From assembly GCA_021432655.1 (NCBI GenBank), contig MU271348.1:1-51400 (forward strand): 51,400 nucleotides of DNA. Direction: 5' to 3'. Below, piece by piece: positions 26,024 through 37,572 of the stretch; the stretch's first letter is position 1; each line of letters starts with the position of its first letter. Position numbers and translations under genes: made by a program. Source of the stretch: Atractiella rhizophila. Lineage: Eukaryota. The notes beneath the pieces were generated by a model. It saw only the letters and a list, made by a program, of their open reading frames with translations, was not told where the DNA came from and did not search any database.

Positions 26024-27825
26024 TCATCTCTGACCAGATATCTTCTTCATCCTCCTCGAGATATTCGACAACCGGCGCACACCTGGGACCTGTAGAGTTC
26101 GCTCCCCCAAAAGCTGCTCAGGTTCCCACCACCGCTGCACAGATGCTTTCGGCGTTACATCCGTGGAGAGACAAGCGTGTTCACCATCGAGAGTAGACGC
26201 TGGAGAAGGTTCATCAATCCTCTCACGTCCGAAGGACTTCCCACGCTGGATCCTCTGAAACACTTCTCTGGGTTCATTTCCAAAGGCAGGAACGCAGTTC
26301 CCAGCGTAGACACTTTGAGGGAAAGTGGTAGTCATCCCGTTAGTGTTTCTACCAGGGGCGACACTGGCAGGAGGGCCGGAAAGGTCAACCGGAGTATTTG
26401 GACCCGATGAGGTGCTTCGAAAAACTTCGTGCGGGAGACACGAGTTCTTCAGTCCTTGGAGTAAAATTCCTGGCAGGCTCCCATTCTTCAGGAATCGTGG
26501 GTAACCTGGTGTTCTCAGTCGTCCGAGCGGTTTGTGGTTCAGAGTTAGGAGGCGTCGCCAGAGTAGACTGCTTCCCCATCTGGGCATGGAGCTTCTCGAT
26601 TTCAACAGCGATTACGTCCCTGACAGCATCGACCAGTTCTCTCTTCATGGAGGTGACAAAGTGAGATTCCGAAAGACGACTGGGATCACTTAAGGGTTCA
26701 AGTGGGTCCGGCGCGCTGATTCTATCATTTCTGTTAAGGGTGGGCGAAATGGCTTGCATCCTCTGATTCCCCATCGACGCTGGCGCTGAACCGAAAGTCC
26801 TTCTAGCACCAAGACTGGGAGGCGGAGGAGATACAGAAGTAGGAGAACGAGGTTCAAATGGGTTCTGGAATACCGGAACGCTGCGTGGACGAGGAGTCTG
26901 TATGTGGATGGGTTTGGGGATAACACCCTTCTTTGACTGTGGCAGGTGACGAGAGGAAAAGAAAAGGCTCGATCTTTGCCTAGAATCCACAGGAGTGTCG
27001 GATGACGCAGTATCGAAAGACTGTTCCTTGCTTCGCCAACCATCTTCCAGGTCGGTAGCAACTTCCTCTTCTGGGCAACAGGTAGAACATTGGCTTAAAG
27101 GAGAAAGAGCTGGGGAGGAAGGCGTCTCTTCAACGGGAGTGATAGGGCGTTCGGATGGAAGTGCGTCAGACGATGGGAATCTCCTGTGAACATCTTCCTC
27201 TAGGTCATCCACGACGACAGTAAGGTGCCTGAAGACTTGAATGAGGTCTCCTATATCCGAATGGACAGAATCCAGCTGGTGATGAAATGCATCTGCAATC
27301 TCGCCGTATTTAAGTTCCATGTCGTCGAGCTGCTTCCGCAATGAAGCCGTCCTTGAAACAACCCGATTCAGAATATAGAGATACACCTGCCCATCTGATC
27401 AATCGATGGCGTAGGAGGAAGAGAGTCATTACCACAAGAACGCAAATGATGCATAATGTCAAGAGCCAGAAGGAGCGCTCAATAGCAGCAATCTCTGATC
27501 CAATAATCCGCATTGCGATCGTATGTCCTTCCAACTCTACAAGACGGTTGGAGCTGGTAGTAGCACTCGAGTGCGCAATGTCTGCGTCATCGCTGAAAGC
27601 TTGTGTCTGATGCGCACCGTCTGTGTGCTCTACGAAAGCTTCTGCCAGTGGTTCCGCTGTCCCAGCAAGAAGCCACAAAACAGAGCTGACGAACCAATCA
27701 ATTAGACAATGTATAAACGCAACGACGTCAAACTTCATTTCCATATAAGACAAAACTGTTAGAGTCGAGAGATCAATATTCGCTTGGGTATCTGAAGAGT
27801 CTGGAGTCTTGGTAGATGTGGGCAC
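26024..27825 (-). CDS. Hypothetical membrane-anchored coiled-coil protein with disordered tail (apparent frame break near 26420)
   Basis: A 46-nt phase-0 intron (GTAATG...TTGAT...GCAG) gives TM FWLLTLCIICVLV|VYLYIL followed by heptads SLRKQLDDMELKYGEIADAF. The ORF stops at 26385; a coding-like frame continues to 26024. Start codon uncertain. Confidence 0.6.
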
Positions 27826-28160
27826 GAAAAAGTGAGAGGTCAGCTCTAGAAGCTTTTAAAGGTTGGTCATCTTCAGTAAGGCAGTAAGGGATTGAACAAG
27901 GATTAGTGCAAGCGTATGAGTACAAAGGGGAGGTAAAAATTCCCGAACGTTACGCCACTGTGACTTTGTCCAACGACCATGGACAAAGGGATGATAATAA
28001 AGGACAAGTGTACAGTAGCAAACAGATCTTCGAAGTTTTGATTTATAAATCAGCCTCAGACTCTCGTTTGAAAGCACGCATACCCCTTTGCCAACCTGCG
28101 AGGAACAACATCAAGATAATATCGTCATCATGCATCACACTGAGATCCAAACTCAGCTTG

Positions 28161-28755
28161 ATGGTACGGTCTGCCTTCAATTGGGATGATAATGACGAGT
28201 CTGTAGACCTGAAAAAGCTTATCGGAGAAGTCAGACAAAAGAATCTTCTGCAACTGGATACTGTGCCTCATTGGAGATTGTTCACAACGGCAGCCATCAT
28301 CGTTCGTCCGTTCCTTATCTCATTATCAGTTTGACAAAGGGATGTAGTTGGTACTTTATGTCGGTCTCTCTATCTGGACCTCTTCGCGCGGGGAAAACAG
28401 TCAGTTGCGACACCTCCAGCAAAATCTTAGGACTTTGGAAGAAAGAGTGAACAGGATACAAATGGCCCACGAAGATGGCGGCGCAAGCGTGCACCGAACA
28501 TCCCATCGACAACAGAATCACTTCAATCTCCCCACCAAACATCACCCCACCCGTGTTCACAGTGTTACTATGGATCACTACTCTCAAAGGCTGCAAGCAC
28601 AACGCGCTTGGCACGTTCGGCGCGAACTGCACCGTCCCAGCCAGCGGGGGCAGAGATTGCATCCCGTGGGATATGAAATTCGCAGGAGATACCTTGGACG
28701 TAATGCTCATGAGGTGTATACTCATGAGCCTAGACCGAGCCCGTATTGGAAGTAA
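28161..28755 (+). CDS. Hypothetical single-pass membrane coiled-coil protein
   Basis: A 46-nt phase-0 intron 28302-28347 (GTTCGT...TTGAC...TAG) gives TM WRLFTTAAII|LVLYVGLSIW followed by QLRHLQQNLRTLEERVNRIQ. Start uncertain. Confidence 0.6.
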
Positions 28756-29674
28756 TAAGTTTGGGTCAGACAATGAGAATTGATGCGAAGAAATCTGAGA
28801 GTACTTTCACGCTTAGTGAAGCTTCCTGGACTTGAACGAATTGTATATAGCCAAAATGATCTGTGATGACTGAAACATGAAGATACGAGGTATTATAGTA
28901 GCATCCTGCCAGATGCTACAAACCTGGGTACCAGAAAAGACTCGAGTTAATCTCTCGTACATGGCGCCAGCATGATTCTTGCCAAAACTAGCCAAGTATC
29001 TGTCCAACACCACCATCTTCTTCAAATTGTACGCTTTATTAGGCAACAATGTGACGGGGTAGTCAACCACATATCAGCCAGGACTGCGTGTAAAAAAGAG
29101 TGGGAGACTTTCGAGAATATCTCTCTGGTCAAAGGGAAAAGATAAACTTAACGAGCCTAATTTGTGTCCGGGGCTGACAGTAATGCTCCGGTTTCAACAT
29201 CAACATTATATCTACTTCTAAACTGAAGCCTGCCTTTTTTTGCATTTTACTCGCCTTCGAGTTTATTAAGGGGCAGATCATTTTTAATATATGAAGTTAG
29301 CTTCAATGTTCCCGGTCGTCTACACATCCATTGATATCCGGGGAGCCCCATGTCTCAAAAGCAGCTTTCCCAACAATGAGGCATCTCTTTTCAGACTGGA
29401 GAACTCCAGGATTCCTTCCAGGAAGTGAGAAGGTACGAACTGTATCAAATTTCAAGAAGTATGCCGTTCCGTCTTCCTCGCTCCAGTTCCCATGACTTCC
29501 AGCATAATATCTCCTAAATATCCCAAATTGCAATCATGATGGGTAGAGCCTATGAGTCACCATGTTGGCTCCGTCGGCCAGGCTAGGAGTAAGTGAGGTC
29601 ATATCTCTTTCCCTGATCTTATAAACACACGACGCCAATATCCTTTCAACCAGAAAGTGGATATCCAAGGCGAG

Positions 29675-32481
29675 ATGACATCCAAGTTACTCTTCAAATC
29701 CATCTCTGCCCACATGCAGGGCGAAGGGGGGAAACCACAAACTGCGGTTACGGACTGGATCGAGCGATTGTGCTCTTCAAGTTACGATGAGAACTCGCTA
29801 GACAGTCTGCCTGATTTGGTGGATGTTATCGACATTCAGGTCAGTCTTTCCACATTACAACATTGGATGTAGGATAGAGGGATGGCGGATGAAGCTGATC
29901 ATGTTTCTGGATAGCCGGAAAGTGGGCCGACCGAAGCTAGTCGCGCGTTGAGGAAGAAGTTGAAGTATGGAAGTAAGGAACAACAGTTGAGGGCTCTTAC
30001 CGTGTGTCTTTCTTGTGTTCTCTCGTGGGAGCGAGGTGTCACGCGGTTTCATGTTCTGTACGTGATGACTTCGCAGAACAGAGGAGGATGGAGAGGATGT
30101 GAAGGGATGTATGCCAAAGATTGCATCCCCTATCTTTCAACACAGTACCTATTATATGACCTTATCATGACCTTTACCTTCCTCATCAAAGACGTCGCCA
30201 CATGCTTAGGTTAGATCCAACCGATCTACTTGCAAGTGGCTACGGTTGAGATAACTTCACTACTACGTCTTGGTGCGGCAGGAAGACAGGAGGCACCGTT
30301 GTGGTGTGCTCCATTCAGATTCATTCTTGTTGCACCCCACAAAAAGAGCAAGCCGTAATCACTTATAAGTGATCTTCTCATGGCTAGTTTCATGAGACTC
30401 GAAATATTTGAAACATGGCCCGTGCTTGGCTCTAGAAAAGCGCAGTCCTTCAATAGTGGGCGAAGAACAGTCGATACCGGATTTCCTGCTTCCTTTATCA
30501 GTTTGGAGGATTGATTTGCGAGATCATTTTCCTTGCTCCCTCCTGCTCAATTGACCAGAATTTTGTTGTGACACTGCACTGTTGAAGGGAGAGGCAAGGG
30601 AAGCATGTTGAGAGCGCCTATACCCCCAATCTCGCCGGGCCGTCCTCGTCTGTCACACTTCGGAAAGCAAAGCTTTTCCTTCTATTTGAAGATGGCAGAG
30701 TGGAGTGGAAGAAGGAGACACGCCAAAGGGTTTACTCTCCCCTAAGTCCACTTCAAAAGAGCATGACGGTCTTTACCACCTCTTAACTCGGCTGAGTTAA
30801 AAGTTGTACCTTATGTCCAAACATGGAAGCAAAACGTTTCCTCCGAGCGATAAGATCACGATTGTCGGTGAAAGAACAGCAGAAACGGCTCGTTTGGACT
30901 TCCTTTCTGCTGCTGGCTGAAATTTGTTGTTGTGTTGTGACAATGTGGCACCGCCTTACCTGTTCTGCCTAGTTACTACGTGCTCTGGTCGAGAACTGTT
31001 CCCGCCACTTCAAACGTACGTGCCTTCATCTCTCAGGAAGCCTCGTCGTGACCCTTCTTTAGTGCATTTTGGTGATCAACAGCTGTTACAACGGATCAAA
31101 GAGATGGCGAGGGATTCGACAACAGATCCAAAAGTCAAAAAGAAGTTGATGGTCATCCTCGCAGGCTGGGAGAAGGACTTTGCAAACGAGACGGATTACC
31201 GCTTGAAGACTTTGGCCGGACTCTGGAAAGAGTGCGGCGGTGTCAAGAAGGTGCGTTTCGCGTTCTAGCGATATCCTGCCTAGAACGCGTCTGAGAATTG
31301 AGAAACTTTCGTTCGGATGCAGCCTCCGCCGCCGACACCTGAACAACTCGTGGAGCAAGCGATCGCGCGGGAGAAGAGGGAGAAAGAGCTTGAAGACCGA
31401 CGGTTGTCTGTTGAACGTGCGAGGGAGGAACAGGAGCGTCAGAGGCGGGAACGACTTGAGAGGGAGCGAGAGGAACTGGAGCGGAAGAGACAGGAAAAGG
31501 AAGACAAGAAGAAGAAGTCGAGCACCAAACCAAGTGTGAAGAGGGAGCCATTTAATCTGGAGAAGGAGAAGCCGAAAGTTATGGAGACTATCGCGGTGGG
31601 AACACAAGGAGCGAATACGTGCGCAATGCCTTCGCTTCGCGAAGGAAAGTGCTGATTGAAGGTCGGAACAGGTTGATTAATTCCCTCCGACATGTCAACA
31701 TTCACACTTCCTCTCCTCAAACGGATCCCGCCGTCCAACAAGCCCTTACTTCCGTCAAAGCTTCACGCAAACAAATCGTGCGCTACATTCAACTAGTGGC
31801 CCAGAACCCGTCCTCAGATCCGAAAGGTGAATTCGTCGGCACGTTGATATCGACGAACGAGAAAATTATCGAGGCTTTGGAGGCATACGACAGGTGGGGG
31901 ACCGAGGAAATGACTGCTGAGGAGGCGGAGAGTGTAACGAAAGGCATGAAAGACGTGGACCTTTCTTCCGTTAGCAGGACAAAGGGTAAAGAATTGGAGC
32001 GATTGCAGGAGAAGCAGCGCGTTAGGGTTGGAGCTCATTTGAAGAGGAGGGAAACGATGGATGAGCTCTCGTCGCCGACCAGCGCGAGCGCAGGTGGTGT
32101 GCATCCAGACCTCCAGGATCTCTCATTCGACGACAGGTACGTCTTACCCTACTTTGCATGACTCCCGCAAGCTTTCTTACATTGTCCATGGGATGCAGAG
32201 GCTTGCAACAGCCCATCCAACCAGGCGCCAAGTCTTACAATCGAAATTCCTTCGATCCCGGACTGTCTGACTATTCAGATCACACGGATTCTTCTGACGA
32301 GGAGTCACATAACCGCGCGACAGGGTCAAACAATATCAAAGGATACCAACAATACCTGGACGAACACGACAAAAAGAAAGGACTCCTCGACGATGATGAC
32401 GATCCATTTGCGGACCCTGAGGACGACCTCGTTGGGACGCCAGGGATTCCGAATAGGAAATTGAGTTGGGCTGAGATTTAG
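29675..32481 (+). CDS. LSB5: LSB5-like VHS-GAT endocytic adaptor
   Basis: KPQTAVTDWIERL...SGPTEASRALRKKLKYGSKEQQLRALT|LLRALVENC...LLQRIKEMARD...VKKKL (VHS); FNLEKEKPKV...LINSL...RKQIVRYIQLV...EFVGTLISTNEKIIEAL (GAT); acidic tail DDDDPFADP. Intron 2 is 971 nt. Confidence 0.9.
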
Positions 32482-33220
32482 ATATGTTGTTGACAGTGGA
32501 TTGAATGTGTCGAATGGAAAGGGTGGAAAGAATAACGGAATCTGTGTGTGTTCCCTAATGGACTCACAGTGGCCACTGCAGTGTATTATAAATGACCTAT
32601 TAGGCCAAGTCTGTTTCTCGTATCGATAACGATGTCAAAATATCATGATTTGAATTATCACTGTATCTACTTACTGTAGAATTAGCGGTGTCCGCGGATC
32701 TGGCTGTAAAGGATCACGAAGGGATGTTGAGGGATGCAAACAGATCTCGCCAGACCAGAAGAGGGACGTGGCTGAGGAAATGGTGGGAGTGAAGATGAAA
32801 GGCGGTTCAACAATTTATGAACTGAAAGCTAGCGGGATAAAACCCGCGGCTAGAAGACAACTTCATCGTGTGTACTTCGTCGACTTTCTTCTCTTGATTT
32901 CGACTCTGGCCCTCCGTTGCCCGTGAGCATCAAGGTGACTGATCGGTTTCCTCATACTTGCGGTTGTTTCTCAAACCGTTTGAGAAAATCGTAGCTAAGT
33001 ATTGAAGCGTTGGTGCCAGAAAGATCCTCTGCGTGGAGTCTCAACAGCAGAAATCCAATTCTTAGCTCATTGAATTACGTTCTCCCTTAAATGTGTCTAC
33101 TGCCATTGGTCCTTTGATTCATCGATCGATTCACATTAACACCTTTGACTTTGGATATTGAAAACCGAATTTTTCTCATCAAGTAATTGCAGTAAACTTG
33201 GGTAACGGAATTCATGTTGT

Positions 33221-33810
33221 TCAAGGTACATATGAACCGACGTTGTTCCTATTTACCATCTTAGTTCAGAAAATTGATGCGATGGAGCTACTTACGCGAA
33301 GTTCGACTGTGGATAGACATTGCCAGGAGGGGAGTAAAGACAGTCATAAAGAGGTGCTGCCGCGCCGTCAAAAACAGCCAAACTATCGCATTGTTTGACA
33401 GCACAACCAATCTGGGTTGTAGCCTTCCAAACTACCTAGCTTTTTCATTCAGAAATCTGCCAGTCATGGAGAGGGAGAATATAGACCTGTGTAAAGTGGC
33501 TAGCTTGTGGATTAGAAGGATCATATGCTGGAGCTTCTCCGTCTCCGTTCACCCAATCATCTATGGCGGCAGTGATATCGCCATAACCAGCAGCAAGATT
33601 CTCCCCATACCCTCCCGCTACTCCGCCTCCGTGCTCGAAAACACAGCGATTAACCCACGTCTGTGCTGCAGATTCTAGCGTAGTAGACCAAGTAACATTG
33701 TTGGCCTGATAGTGCCCTCTCCAGAAGTTGTGCCTGTCGAGTGCCGACTGCTGGAAGTCATCCAGCGCTACTGTGGCGGATATGATGGACAGGAGAAAAT
33801 GGAAAATCAT
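33221..33810 (-). CDS. Secreted CAP (SCP/PR-1/Pry) protein, acidic
   Basis: Signal peptide; HNFWR, CVFEH, YGENLA, DDWVN..E, SHFTQ|VVWK..QIGCA, CLYSPPGNV; two introns. Confidence 0.95.
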
Positions 33811-34234
33811 TGGGATTGGGATGTAAACAGAAGTCGAAACCCGTTCTCTTTTATGAGAGGTCGGACGGGGACGGATGTACGGCTAGCAGAAACCAAGGAC
33901 GGAGTGCATTAGTCGCGAGGGGCGGGCAACAAGTGATTAAAGGATGTGTAAGATCTTTCATGACTCTATGGCTGAGACACGTATGAATTATCTTTCATTA
34001 TCAGTTGGAGTCACCAAGACGATAACGTCTGCGTCACTCAGCATCACTTACTGCATCATGATCACCGACGCGTGCTGTAAAAAGTCGCAAAGGCTCTTAA
34101 CGCTTGTTACGTATCGGGGCTGCGTTCACTTGCTTCGTCCTCCTCTTCTCGAACGCAGCTAATACTAGTACTGTTGAATGGATATTGTTTCAACAAAGTC
34201 AAATGCGCGGAATTGTGTCTACATCTGCAATATC

Positions 34235-34886
34235 CTACTTCTTCCACCTGTACAAGATGAGCTCCAAATCACCTCCGTCCTCATCAATACCGGGGACGTA
34301 TTCTCTTTCTGACTCAACGAATCCTGTATTCTCCATCAATTTCCTGCTTCTCGCGTTCTTCCCGAGGACAACTGCCAACGCATTCTCCCTCAGCTCCTTC
34401 GGCAAGGCAATCATGAACGATTTCACAGCTTCGGAGGCGTATCCCTTCCCCCAGGCTGAGCTTTTAAAGTTGTAAGAGAGGTTGTATGGGCGAAAAATGT
34501 CGTATGTAGGGTGGTAAAGGAGATTGTAGCAAATCATCCCGATTTGTTCTTCCTGGGCTGCAGATCCCTTGGGAAGGTAGACGGCGTAATAGATGCTCAG
34601 AGGCTCGGAGTATGGCAGCTTTGCTTTGACCTCGTCGGGAAGACTTTGGAGAACTTCAGCGGGAGGAGTCAAGATCTTGCTCAGCTTCAATTGGCTAGCT
34701 TCAAGAGTGGGAGAAGTTCCGTCAATCCTGCTCAGTCGCATTTTATGGGTGACGGTTCTCACTTCGGGGAAACACTTACATCCACTTCCCCACCAGTGGA
34801 TCAGACCAGATTGCATGACACCCGGCAAGGTCCACCATTGTCATCGGGCGTAGAACGAGCCGAGGGGTGTTGACTATTTGATCCAT
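34235..34886 (-). CDS. GNAT acetyltransferase, RimJ/RimL (Acetyltransf_3) type
   Basis: Exon 1 MDQIVNTPRLVLRPMTMVDLAGCHAIWSDP; exon 2 AWGKGYASEAV...NARSRKLMENTGF; one GTAAGT...CAG intron. Confidence 0.9.
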
Positions 34887-35151
34887 CTCGAAAGGAATAT
34901 TGTGAGGAGGTTTAGCGTTAGACTCGCCCCTTTATATCTCTTCTGACCAGCACACGTTGTGGAAGCAAAGAGGAGAGTCGCACGATCATGTCGCGTGCCA
35001 TCCTGGTGGAAGGCTTGAACAAATGAGTCATCTGGTTAGGCAAGAGGGATGCGCAATGTGTGCTGTGACAAAATGAACACATGCATTAAAGAGATCGTAG
35101 TTAATACTACCCATATACACACGAGGAATTTGACCCACTCCTGCGGCTTTC

Positions 35152-37514
35152 TCAGGCATCAATCTGGCGAGCGTGACCAAACGTTCGCTGCCACTCGCTA
35201 TCGAGGCTGAAATAAGCCCATCCTAGAGAACATAGCACTCCTCTCATAACCTCCCTTTCCCTTTCCGCGCACCTAGTCATCTCTTGCGAAAGGAACGGGT
35301 GACCTTTGACAACTGCATATACATGGCCTAGGACTGTAAGGCGGGATAAGTAAGACTCTTCGTTGTCCTTGAGGTCCCAAAGGTTAGGCCAGCGATCCAA
35401 ACACAAACACGCAGAAGCGGTCAAAAGACTCACATAAAGATGCTCCTCTAACTTCCGGATCGTGAAATTCAAGCATTCTCTGGACTTCTGCTCCAACGAT
35501 GGAGACACGGCCTGAATACCAAAGGCGAGAGCTGCCTTATGCGCCACGAAAACGATGCGGGGTATCTCGCATTCAAGTTGGGCGAGGCAGGAGGAGAATT
35601 CTCTCGCAATATAACGTCCGAAAGCCTCGCGGTACGTTTGGAGTTCTTTCTCTACCTTATTGATACGCAGGAGCAGTTGTTCGAGCAGCTGGGGGATTGC
35701 GGATCCTGGTAGACGGCGAAGAGCTGGAGCGGCGTCAGATGGGTATGGTGAATTACAGACCACACATACGGAAGACGAAATTGTTCATCAGGTAGCGTTG
35801 CAAAGTTGCAATTCGAATAACCTATATCACTCTTCAGCGCCCTCTTCTGGGACGGATAATTCCCGACACTCACAATGATGTTGTAAATCTCACTCTCATT
35901 CGGCATGGTAAAGACGAAGGGAGGGGCATCAATGTCGATGTCCAAAAACCGCTCCACTCCATACTGAGAATGTTTGAAAATGACTTCTATCATCCCAGAC
36001 GTCCTAAATGACACATTGAGGCCATGTTGATTGAGACAGAACAAGAAAACCTACAAAGCAGGTCTATCCCCAACTTGCATCGCAGTCATCGCATCTCGAC
36101 CAAAGATCATCGGCCCAATGCGTCGATGCATGACGGACCGTACTTCTTGAGGAGTAGCAGGGTCGGTCTGCATTTTCAAGGCCATTAGGCTTCATCTAAT
36201 TGATGGGGAGGAGAGTACCATCAATTGCCTGAAATGTCCAATGGTGCTGAGCACATAAGCTCTCCGTTCGTATGCTGTTTCCTCAGCATGATCCAGTCCT
36301 AAATTTATATTTTGGTATTGAGTTGCTCGCAACAAGCACGGAAATAAGACAACAGACCACAATCCAAGGTGCCCTCTAACATAAGAGCAGCAATGACGCT
36401 CTCTAGAGCATTACTTCGCATCAAACCGCCTTTGTCATAAATTTCCACTGCCTTCATGGTCAAGTCCCGACATGCTGATGCTCGCATCGTGCCGTAGCTG
36501 CATGACGAGGAATTGGCCCAAACCTCAGGTAAAGATCGTGACGAAGGAACGCCGAGAATCGCCTTCATATTGTTCAGTCCCCAATTTTGGCGTGCTGCAG
36601 AGATGTGAACACTCACAGGATGAGACGTTCCACGAGCTCCAATGAGTAGGAGGGCCGTGTACATGACCTGAGGATTAGAAAATCAGTTTAGCCCACAAAG
36701 AAACATTTTGGAGGCTCTGAAACAAAAAGGATTAAAGAGACGCGTACAACTTCAGCTTCGCTCCTTCTCCCACCTTCCCAATCCCCAAAATCCATCCAAA
36801 ACTTCTCGCTCGCCGGCAGGGAGAACTGTTCCTTACCACCCATCAGGACGACTCGGCATGTGTCTGCGGGGATGCGCACGCGCGAGACTTCGGCTTGGAC
36901 TACAATAATTTCATCGTAAACATTTCAGTCTCCAAAGTGCAAGAGAAGGAGATAATGTTGTAAACGAGCAGGCAGACGAACCGGACATCAGTTCCCTCCG
37001 AACCTCCCGGTTGGAATGGAAGAGCATGAGCTCCCTCTCTCCTCTCTTGTATGGCTCCGTCCACAGCACCATCTGGGATTCGCTCTCAGAGCTGCCGCTT
37101 CCACCAGAATTTGTGGGAGATGTGGCAGAGCCAAATAATAATCTATTTGAATCAAATCAACCTGATACCCTTATGAAGAAAAGCGGGAAGGACGTACCGA
37201 GCTCCCTCAATGCGTCGTCCGCTCTTTCGACGGCGGTATTTCATTTTCTCTCCTTCCTTGGGATAGGAGCACTTCACACCCTTATCTGAACACCTGTCGC
37301 ACACCTCTTCCGCGTCGTTGCTGCTACCGCTGGACCTGTTGTTGCTGTTGCTACACTTGATCCTCGCTTCGCTGCACGGGATACATGACGGCGCCTTCTT
37401 TCTAGAACTTGCTGTTACATGAGATACTTTGCAGCTCGTTGCTTTTGAGGATTTCGAGGAATTAGCGCTGCTCCCGGTCGCTGAGCTGTTGGAGGATGCA
37501 GTAGTTGGTGCCAT
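35152..37514 (-). CDS. Zn(II)2Cys6 transcription factor 3
   Basis: PSCIPCSEARIKC...CDRCSDKGVKC...KSGRRIEGAR. Middle region GARGTSHP...YGTMRASAC...DKGGLMR...ESVIAALMLE. C-terminal VLCSLGWAY. Confidence 0.85.
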
Positions 37515-37547
37515 CAGTTCTGAGCGGTCGGAAATCCGGTTGATAAC

Positions 37548-37572
37548 TTGGATTGGATTTGATTGGATTGGA
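37548..37572. repeat. Imperfect (TTGGA)5 microsatellite, i.e. CCAAT units on the coding strand, about 35-60 nt upstream of the TF3 ATG
   Basis: ttgga ttgga tttga ttgga ttgga. Confidence 0.7.

Noticed and set aside
28358..28450. Walker-A-like SGPLRAGKT in a + frame
   Set aside because: The frame stops after 30 codons, there is no Walker B, and it overlaps the better-supported TM/coiled-coil frame.
28813..29533. Minus-strand coding-like fragments
   Set aside because: They could not be spliced into an intact model and no family was recognised; at most a decayed gene.
30002..30972. TPP riboswitch, telomerase RNA, U3 or RNase P/MRP as the identity of the long LSB5 intron
   Set aside because: No TPP core (CTGAGA plus CTGAT..G.TAAT..C.GCG), only a lone CCCCTAA with no alignment repeat, and no convincing U3 or P4 motifs by eye.
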